From NCBI GenBank assembly GCA_022824665.1, contig JAJDZL010000158.1, forward strand, positions 23,847 to 47,846: DNA of 24,000 bases. Reading direction: 5' to 3'. Source of the DNA: Gammaproteobacteria bacterium. Its GTDB lineage: Bacteria > Pseudomonadota > Gammaproteobacteria > Arenicellales > JAJDZL01. The notes under the pieces are model-generated. The model was not told where the DNA came from. It did no database searches and saw only the letters and a list, made by a program, of their open reading frames with translations. The translations under genes and the position numbers were made by a program. Positions 17,663-24,000 of the stretch are shown here, piece after piece; the first letter of the stretch is position 1; each line of letters starts with the position of its first letter.

Positions 17663-19359
17663 TGGATTTTCGCCGCGCGCTGCTGTCGATTTCGCTTGGC
17701 CTGGTTTTGCTGCTGATCTGGCAGGCATGGCTCGACTTTGACAGGGGACAATCGGAATCCGTACCAGTCGGCGAGCGCGCTCAACTTGACTCAGAGCTAC
17801 CTGCAACCCCGGTTGCACAGCCGCAAACACAGCCCTCAGCAGTACCTGAAGCACCCGATGCACCAGCCGCGCCCGCTACCGCGGGCATTTTGCCGCAGGT
17901 TCAGCAGGAAACTGGCACCCTGATTACGGTTGAGACGGATTTACTGAAAGTCAATCTCGATACAGTCGGCGGACAACTGCGCGATGCTCGCTTGCTCAAA
18001 TATCCGGTGGAGGTTGAAATGCCGGATGTACCGTTCAGGCTGCTGAAAGATCAGCCTCCGGATTTGCTGATTGCGCAGTCGGGACTGGTCGGCAATGATT
18101 TCGAGTACCCCAATCACAAAACCGAGTTCAGTGCGGAAGAAAACGCCTATACGCTAGCGACGGATGAGCAGACTTTAGAGGTACCGCTTTACTGGCGCGC
18201 TGCAGACGGTGTCGAGTACACCAAGATATTTACCTTTTACCGAGACAGCTACCTCATTGATATCGAATACCGGGTGGACAATCGCAGCGGTCGAACCTGG
18301 CAAGGCTATCAGTATGGCCAGTTTCTGGCGACTGAGCAGGACTCTGAGCGCGAGGGATTCTTGTTCCTGCAGGCCTTGCCCAGCTACCAGGGCGCGGCAA
18401 TCTATACGCCTGAGGACAAGTATGACAAGATTGACTTCAAGGAAATTCGCAACGACAAGCCGGTGTTTGAGACTGAATCGGGCTGGGTGGCCATGCTGCA
18501 GCACTATTTTGTCACGGCCTGGCTGCCGGAAGAAAGCGCCCCTTACCGTCTTTACACCAGAACGCTCGCTGACACCGCGGCGCAGACTCGCTATCAGGTC
18601 GGCTATGTCACGCTGACACCCACCACGGTCGCCAATGAATCGGTCGGCTCCCTTAACAGTCGGATCTATGTCGGTCCCAAGGAACAGGATCGGATCAAGG
18701 ACCCTGCCGAGGGCCTGATTCTTACCGTCGATTACGGCTGGCTGACACCCGTCTCTTCACCGCTTTTCTGGATCCTGAGAAAAATTAACGATTTCGTTCA
18801 GAACTGGGGCTGGTCAATCATCATTCTCACCCTGCTCGTGAAGATCGTTTTCTATCCGCTGTCGGCAGCCAGTTACAAGTCGATGGGGAAAATGAAAAAA
18901 CTGCAGCCGCGCTTAAAGACGCTTAAAGAGCGCTATGGCGATGACAAGCAGAAGCTCAACCAGGAAATGATGCAGATTTACAAGAAAGAGAAGATCAATC
19001 CGTTGGGTGGCTGTTTGCCAATTCTGATTCAAATACCTGTATTTATTGCACTTTATTGGGTTTTGCTGGAAAGTGTCGAGCTTCGCCAGGCGCCGTTTAT
19101 CTTTTGGCTCACTGATCTTTCCCGGTCTGATCCATATTTCGTGCTGCCCGTTTTGATGGGCGCATCGATGTTTGCACAACAGTTTTTGAATCCGACCCCG
19201 CTGGATTCGCTGCAAAAGAACATCATGATGAGCCTGCCCATTGTTTTTACGATATTCTTTCTGTGGTTCCCGTCCGGGCTGGTGCTTTACTGGCTCGTCA
19301 ATAACATTCTTTCAATTGCCCAGCAGTGGTACATCACACGCAAACTGCTGACCGAGTAG
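17662..19359 (+). CDS. yidC: Membrane protein insertase YidC
   Basis: N-terminal [23 protein letters not shown], a large periplasmic P1 domain, and a C-terminal 5-TM core (GWSIIILTLLVKIVFYPLS...MKKLQPRLKTLKERYGDDKQKLNQEMMQIYKKEKINPLGGCLPILIQIPVFIALY); 565 aa. The start shares one base with the yidD stop. Confidence 0.95.
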   Translation: MDFRRALLSISLGLVLLLIWQAWLDFDRGQSESVPVGERAQLDSELPATPVAQPQTQPSAVPEAPDAPAAPATAGILPQVQQETGTLITVETDLLKVNLDTVGGQLRDARLLKYPVEVEMPDVPFRLLKDQPPDLLIAQSGLVGNDFEYPNHKTEFSAEENAYTLATDEQTLEVPLYWRAADGVEYTKIFTFYRDSYLIDIEYRVDNRSGRTWQGYQYGQFLATEQDSEREGFLFLQALPSYQGAAIYTPEDKYDKIDFKEIRNDKPVFETESGWVAMLQHYFVTAWLPEESAPYRLYTRTLADTAAQTRYQVGYVTLTPTTVANESVGSLNSRIYVGPKEQDRIKDPAEGLILTVDYGWLTPVSSPLFWILRKINDFVQNWGWSIIILTLLVKIVFYPLSAASYKSMGKMKKLQPRLKTLKERYGDDKQKLNQEMMQIYKKEKINPLGGCLPILIQIPVFIALYWVLLESVELRQAPFIFWLTDLSRSDPYFVLPVLMGASMFAQQFLNPTPLDSLQKNIMMSLPIVFTIFFLWFPSGLVLYWLVNNILSIAQQWYITRKLLTE

Positions 19360-20714
19360 ATGCGCGCGGACCCGATACGATCGCTGCCATCTCGACCCCT
19401 GCCGGGGTGGGCGGTATTGGCGTTGTGCGTCTGTCAGGCACCCAGTGCCGTCCGATTGCCAGCGCGCTGGCCGGTGCAGTCCCGCGGCCGCGCAAGGCGC
19501 AGTATCAAACGTTCAAAGATGCTGATGGCAGGCCGATAGACCAGGGCATTGCGCTCTACTTTCCCGCGCCACGCTCCTATACTGGCGAGGATGTTCTGGA
19601 GTTGCAGTGTCACGGTGGGCCAGTCGTGCTCAACATGCTGCTGGGTCGGGTGCTCGAGCTCGGCGCGCGCACCGCTCAGCCTGGCGAGTTCACCGAACGC
19701 GCCTTTTTGAACGACAAACTGGACCTGGCCCAGGCCGAAGCAGTTGCTGATCTGATTATGAGCTCTACTGAGGCTGCTGCGAGAAGCGCAATGCGTTCCT
19801 TACTCGGCGATTTTTCCGCCCGCGTTCACGAGATTCGCCAATCAATCCTCGAGCTTAGAATGTACGTGGAAGCGGCAATCGACTTTCCCGAAGAGGAGAT
19901 TGACTTTCTTGACGACCAGAGTATTGTTCAGCAGCTCGATCAGATTCGCGATGAGTTGACTGACTTTCTTGCCAGCGCGGCGCGCGGGCGAGTGTTCCGT
20001 GAGGGTCTGGATGTGGCCATTGCCGGGTTGCCGAATGCGGGCAAGTCCAGTCTGCTCAACTGCCTGGCGGGCATGGAGCGTTCGATTGTTACGCCACAGG
20101 CCGGAACCACTCGGGATACCGTTGATTTGATGATTGATCTCAATGGCCTGGCGGTTCGTCTGACTGATACAGCGGGGCTTCGCGCGAGCACCGATCCAGT
20201 CGAACGGGAGGGCATCGATAGAGCCTGGCTGGCGGTTCGTGAGGCGTCCCTTGTGCTATACCTGGCTGACATGGGTCAGGGTCTGACCGACGCGGACCTC
20301 GAGAACCTCTCACACCTTGAAAACTGCAATGTGCTGCTGGTCTGGAACAAGATTGACCTTGCGCAGGACAGCTTTGCACCACCGGCACTGCCCAAGGGTG
20401 TGAATGAACAGCTGTCAATTTCGGCCAAATACACGCTTGGAATTGATTTAATTGGCAGCTACATTCAACAGTTTGCAGGTTTTACAGTCAGTGAGGAGAG
20501 CCTCTTTCTGGCCCGTCACCGGCATCTTGAAGCCATGCAAAATGCGCTTGAATTTATTAACCAGGCATACACTGCGCTATACGAGCAGCGTTTGGGGGAT
20601 CTCGGCGCCGAAGACTTGCGGGACGCGATGAATGAGCTGGGCAAGCTGGTCGGTGAGATTTCACCCGATGATCTGCTCGGCGAGATATTTGCCAACTTTT
20701 GTATCGGTAAATAG
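19326..20714 (+). CDS. mnmE: tRNA modification GTPase MnmE (TrmE)
   Basis: DTIAAISTPAGVGGIGVVRLSG, G1 GLPNAGKSSLLN, G3 DTAGLR, G4 NKIDL and the C-terminal FCIGK. The only in-frame start I find is the GTG at 19326, overlapping yidC by 34 nt. Confidence 0.93.
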   Translation: MVHHTQTADRVDARGPDTIAAISTPAGVGGIGVVRLSGTQCRPIASALAGAVPRPRKAQYQTFKDADGRPIDQGIALYFPAPRSYTGEDVLELQCHGGPVVLNMLLGRVLELGARTAQPGEFTERAFLNDKLDLAQAEAVADLIMSSTEAAARSAMRSLLGDFSARVHEIRQSILELRMYVEAAIDFPEEEIDFLDDQSIVQQLDQIRDELTDFLASAARGRVFREGLDVAIAGLPNAGKSSLLNCLAGMERSIVTPQAGTTRDTVDLMIDLNGLAVRLTDTAGLRASTDPVEREGIDRAWLAVREASLVLYLADMGQGLTDADLENLSHLENCNVLLVWNKIDLAQDSFAPPALPKGVNEQLSISAKYTLGIDLIGSYIQQFAGFTVSEESLFLARHRHLEAMQNALEFINQAYTALYEQRLGDLGAEDLRDAMNELGKLVGEISPDDLLGEIFANFCIGK

Positions 20715-20781
20715 CGTTGTTGGCTTCAATACCAAGTAAACTATTGAATCAGAACGAACGCTTCCCTAACCGGTTTATTTC

Positions 20782-21717
20782 GTGATGCAAAACAATCAAT
20801 CTGCCAGGGTGCTGGCCCAACTGGGCATTGTGCTGGCATTTGTCGCAGGCATAGCCCTGTGGCAGCACGAGTATCTGATCAATCTGTACATCGCCAATCA
20901 GCTTACCAAAGTCGGCTGGGTGGTGAACGGTGCAATACTGGCTCTGTTTTTACTGGGTCTGACGCAGATGGTGCGGCTTTTGTTACACTATCGCCTTGAA
21001 GAAAATGCGCTGAATGCCTTTTCCAAGGCCGTGAAAAGTGGCGCGACAGACAATATGGACAAGCTGTTGCCGGCAAATTCGATTATCGGCCAGCGTTACC
21101 ATACAGTTGCGGGTTTTTTCAGCTCGCGGACAGAAATCAATCACAATGCACTGGCCGCGACCTTGCTGGCCCGCGAGACGAGCAAGACGAGTTTCATCAA
21201 GTTCGTCAACAACATCCTCATTCTGGCCGGGGTATTTGGCACCATTGTTTCCCTGACCGTCGCGCTGATAGGCGCATCCACCGCAATCTCTGCGACCGAC
21301 AGTTTACGCGGCATTGATGTTGTAATCCACGGCATGTCAACTGCGCTTTCGACCACCATGACGGCAATTTTGGCTTATTTCATATTTGGGTATTTTTACC
21401 TCAAACTCATGGACACACAGTCCTACATCCTGGGGCGGGTTGAGCACGAAACTGCAACTGAACTGATCCCGCGCTACCAGGTGGCGACCCGTTCACCCGA
21501 GCAGGCACTAAGCGAGCTGTTGACTGGAACGGTTGAAACCATCAACAAGTTCAATGAATTCATCAACAAGATGCAGACCATTGGTGAATCACAAAACCAG
21601 GTGCTGGAGAACTTCGAGCAGCTGACCAACGAGAACATGCGGGTCCTGAGCGACATCAGGAGCATATTGCGCGCCGGCTTCAGACTACGGGACGAATCCG
21701 AAAGCGAGCAGGGCTAG
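20782..21717 (+). CDS. MotA/TolQ/ExbB-family proton-channel-like membrane protein with a coiled-coil cytoplasmic tail
   Basis: 311 aa with four hydrophobic segments (about residues 8-27, 44-68, 142-166, 177-209). The last two, ILILAGVFGTIVSLTVALIGA and GMSTALSTTMTAILAYFIFGYFYL, fit the G-x-x-GT ... AL-x-TT pattern of the MotA_ExbB core. Residues 235-300 are heptad-like (LSELLTGTVETINKFNEFINKMQTIGESQNQVLENFEQLTNENMRVL). The start is GTG 20782 or ATG 20785. Confidence 0.7.
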   Translation: MMQNNQSARVLAQLGIVLAFVAGIALWQHEYLINLYIANQLTKVGWVVNGAILALFLLGLTQMVRLLLHYRLEENALNAFSKAVKSGATDNMDKLLPANSIIGQRYHTVAGFFSSRTEINHNALAATLLARETSKTSFIKFVNNILILAGVFGTIVSLTVALIGASTAISATDSLRGIDVVIHGMSTALSTTMTAILAYFIFGYFYLKLMDTQSYILGRVEHETATELIPRYQVATRSPEQALSELLTGTVETINKFNEFINKMQTIGESQNQVLENFEQLTNENMRVLSDIRSILRAGFRLRDESESEQG

Positions 21718-21735
21718 GACCGGGGACCGGCGGAC

Positions 21736-24000
21736 ATGGCAGCGGACTCTGGCGGTTTCGTTGACCTGCGCGTTCACCGCGCCACTGAAGGCAACCACTC
21801 CGACGACAGCATATGGCCATCATTTACCGACATCATGATGGTTGTTGTGATGATCTTTCTGATGGCTGCGGTGATCTTTATGTTGCGCAACCTGCAACTC
21901 GACGAAGATATCGCAAAAGCCACCACGGCTGAAATCGAAGCGCAGGAGGAAACTCAGTCACTTCGCGAGAGAACGGCATATCTTACTGATATTATTAATA
22001 AAACAAAAGCCGAGCTGACGCTTACTGAAAACCAGAGAAGTGAGCTTGAAGCATTGTCCGAGGTGCGTGGCACGCGTATCACGGAGCTTGAAGTCGAGAC
22101 TGCCCGGCTGTACCAGACCCAGCAGCAGCTTGCTGCCGAGGTCGCCGGTCTGAACCAGCAGATCGAAGACATTCGACAGCAGCGAAACGCACTGACTCAA
22201 CGTGTCAGTTCGATGAATCAGACCATTGCCGAGCTTAATTCTCTGATCGATGACCGGGCGCTCGAGTTTGAAGTTCTGCAAACCGAATTTACCCGCAAGC
22301 AGCAGCAATTGAGTCTGCTTGAACAGACGCTCACGCAGCGCACCCAAGAGCTGCAGGACTTGACACTGGCGCGCGCGCAATTGCAGGGCGTCATTGATCA
22401 GCTTCAGGAAGTTAAGTCTGAACAGGCACTTGTAATTGAGCAGCAGGTTGAGACACAGGCATTGTTGCGGGAGGAGATATCGAAGCGCGCGAGCGAAATT
22501 CAGGAATTCGAACGCCAGCTGGCAGCCCGTGATGATGCCATTGAGCAGCTTCAGGGAGTTAAGTCTGAACAGGCACTTGCAATTGAACAGCAGGTCGAGA
22601 CACAGGCATTGTTGCGCGAGGAGATATCGAAGCGTACGAGCGAAATTCAGGAATTCGAACGCCAGCTGGCAGCCCGTGATGATGCGTTCCGGGAGCTTAG
22701 CGAGGCAAGCCAACTCCTGCAGTTGGATGTTGACACCCTGTCAGCCAGTCAGCTTGACAATGCCAGGACGATTGCAATCCAGCGGCAAAGCCTTGAATCA
22801 TTAACCGCGCGCTATGCCACCCAACAGGCGGAACTTGAACGTGTTCGAACCGAATCAGCCGCGCGGGACATTGAGTTTGCCAGAACCCGGGACCAGCTGA
22901 CAGCCGCGCTGGCAGATCTGGCTGAAACAAAACAGGTCAGTGAAACGACAAGTGCGCGTCAGCAAGGGGAGCTTTTTGCAATTAGACAGTTGCTCACTCA
23001 AAGTGATCAAACCGTGGAAGTTCAAAAGCAAGAGCTGGCATCCCTGCGTGCGCAGTATGCGGAGCGCCTGGCGGAGCTCAACCGGGTTGAAGCCAACTAC
23101 ATTCAGCGCGAGCGCGAATTGGTGCGCTTGCAGGAACATCTGACAACAGCCATTGAGACGGCCGAAGCACTGAAGGCCCGACTACAGGAGCGGGATACCG
23201 AAATTGGCACACTAAACATCCGGATTGCTGCGCTCGGTGATGAAGTTGACACCTTGAATCGAGCCGATGTAGTCTCAAATGATCAAATAAATCAAATGGT
23301 TGATGAAATTCTGAGTTATCAGAACCAGATTGCCGGGCAACTTGGCCAAATTGCTGAGCTTGAGCAAAACCTGCGTCAGACTGAAGTCGAAAAGGATGAC
23401 ATTGAACGCGAGCTTGAATTCAGCCGGCGGTTGCAGGCCGACCGCCAGGAACAGTTGCAAACCATGCAGGCACTCATGCAGCAGCTGAGCGACGATCTCA
23501 AGGTACGCGATGAGCGACTGGAGTCACTTGCAGCCGAAAATCAGAGTTTGAAGGAGTCTGGTGTGCGCGGTGAGAAACAGATTGTCGAGCTTCGTCAGGC
23601 CTATCAGGAGCGACTGGCCGAATTGGCCAGCATGGAAAGCGCGCTCGCGGCAAGCAGCGGACAGCTGGCTGAACTGCAAAGCGAAATCGTTGATCTTGAA
23701 GAAGAACGTCAACTGATGCTGAGACCCGCGCGAAGTCCGGCTAATCGCTATGTTGTTGAAGTCTACTATGACCGGAGCACTGCAGGGGAACCGATTTATC
23801 AGTACCGCGTGCCAGGCCAGAGCCTGGCCTATACCGTCAGCCGGGAAGCGCTGGATGATATTCTTGAGCAACTGAAAAAGGAGCGTTCTGAAGGCCTGTA
23901 TACCCGGGTCATCTTTCCAAACGAAGACCGATTGACGTTCGGTGATGCGTGGGCGTTCACACAGCATATCCAGTCCAATTACGATTACTATAGCCAGTAA
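21736..24000 (+). CDS. ExbD/TolR(MotB)-like membrane protein carrying a ~600-residue coiled coil between the Asp-bearing TM helix and a small C-terminal domain
   Basis: 754 aa, 18 bp after the previous gene. Residues 27-45 (WPSFTDIMMVVVMIFLMAA) align with E. coli ExbD TPFIDVMLVLLIIFMVAA, including the essential Asp (D32 here, gac 21829-21831). Residues ~55-660 are Q/E/L/A/R-rich heptad sequence. Residues ~670-745 (YVVEVYYDRS...YRVPGQSLAYTVSREALDDILEQLKK...LYTRVIFPNEDRLTFGDAWAFTQHI) follow the strand/helix pattern of the ExbD/TolR periplasmic domain. I found no OmpA-type N-x-x-L-S-x-x-R-A motif. Confidence 0.65.
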   Translation: MAADSGGFVDLRVHRATEGNHSDDSIWPSFTDIMMVVVMIFLMAAVIFMLRNLQLDEDIAKATTAEIEAQEETQSLRERTAYLTDIINKTKAELTLTENQRSELEALSEVRGTRITELEVETARLYQTQQQLAAEVAGLNQQIEDIRQQRNALTQRVSSMNQTIAELNSLIDDRALEFEVLQTEFTRKQQQLSLLEQTLTQRTQELQDLTLARAQLQGVIDQLQEVKSEQALVIEQQVETQALLREEISKRASEIQEFERQLAARDDAIEQLQGVKSEQALAIEQQVETQALLREEISKRTSEIQEFERQLAARDDAFRELSEASQLLQLDVDTLSASQLDNARTIAIQRQSLESLTARYATQQAELERVRTESAARDIEFARTRDQLTAALADLAETKQVSETTSARQQGELFAIRQLLTQSDQTVEVQKQELASLRAQYAERLAELNRVEANYIQRERELVRLQEHLTTAIETAEALKARLQERDTEIGTLNIRIAALGDEVDTLNRADVVSNDQINQMVDEILSYQNQIAGQLGQIAELEQNLRQTEVEKDDIERELEFSRRLQADRQEQLQTMQALMQQLSDDLKVRDERLESLAAENQSLKESGVRGEKQIVELRQAYQERLAELASMESALAASSGQLAELQSEIVDLEEERQLMLRPARSPANRYVVEVYYDRSTAGEPIYQYRVPGQSLAYTVSREALDDILEQLKKERSEGLYTRVIFPNEDRLTFGDAWAFTQHIQSNYDYYSQ
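22399..22692 (+). repeat. Tandem direct duplication, 2 x 147 bp (49 codons), in frame inside the coiled-coil gene
   Basis: Copy 1 at 22399-22545 and copy 2 at 22546-22692. By my manual alignment there are about 7 substitutions over the first ~140 nt. Protein copies: QLQEVKSEQALVIEQQVETQALLREEISKRASEIQEFERQLAARDDA versus QLQGVKSEQALAIEQQVETQALLREEISKRTSEIQEFERQLAARDDA. Confidence 0.95.

Noticed and set aside
17360-17863. 167-aa minus-strand ORF spanning rnpA/yidD/yidC
   Set aside because: It is antisense to three strongly supported conserved genes, and its product is an Arg/Ala-rich shadow-frame translation.
21958-22713. 251-aa ORF antisense to the coiled-coil gene, plus several 60-150-aa antisense ORFs at 21954-23967
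   Set aside because: Repetitive, stop-poor coiled-coil coding sequence typically leaves long shadow frames open on the opposite strand. The translation is low-complexity (L/Q/R/F-rich) and has no recognisable start context. It is fully nested in a much longer and more coherent sense ORF.
23716-23997. An OmpA/MotB-type peptidoglycan-binding domain at the C-terminus of the 754-aa protein
   Set aside because: I looked for the N-x-x-L-S-x-x-R-A signature and the usual GHTD-type motif and found neither. The segment reads more like an ExbD/TolR periplasmic domain.
20782-24000. Calling the terminal gene pair a Zorya (ZorA/ZorB) anti-phage system
   Set aside because: The domain distribution is inverted: here the long tail is on the Asp-bearing ExbD-like subunit, not on the MotA-like subunit. 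The B protein lacks an OmpA/MotB-type peptidoglycan-binding motif. No ZorC/D/E-like gene is visible. Genes beyond 24000 are unseen, so a defence role is neither supported nor excluded.
1-24000. CRISPR arrays, rRNA genes, insertion sequences and prophage remnants
   Set aside because: No regularly spaced short repeats, rRNA-like segments or transposase/integrase-like ORFs were seen on either strand.

Overview
This window is the origin-proximal core of a gammaproteobacterial chromosome, about 50% GC, with Pseudomonas-like synteny; I cannot name the species. Minus strand: lolB (5' part only, its 3' end lies off the window), a TPR lipoprotein, xthA, a BenE-like permease, gyrB, dnaN and dnaA. Plus strand: prfA-prmC, tRNA-Met(CAU), a class-I aminotransferase, a translationally coupled pair of acyl-CoA dehydrogenase-like genes, apaG, then rpmH-rnpA-yidD-yidC-mnmE. 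I saw no CRISPR array, transposase, integrase or rRNA. The stand-out is the last 3.2 kb (20782-24000), a two-gene module directly after mnmE. The first gene encodes a 311-aa MotA/TolQ/ExbB-like channel protein. The second encodes a 754-aa protein whose N-terminal helix closely matches the Asp-bearing ExbD/TolR helix. About 600 residues of near-continuous coiled coil follow, containing a 147-bp (49-aa, 7-heptad) near-perfect tandem duplication, and then a small ExbD-like C-terminal domain. No TonB, TolA, Pal, flagellar or Zorya partner is visible. I read this as a candidate undescribed 5:2-type ion-driven envelope machine. Secondary oddities: an unusually long AT-rich dnaA-dnaN spacer with DnaA-box-like sites, a divergent dnaN with an insertion, no recF, iterated motifs upstream of dnaA, and an inverted-repeat-bounded AT-rich element between apaG and gyrB.
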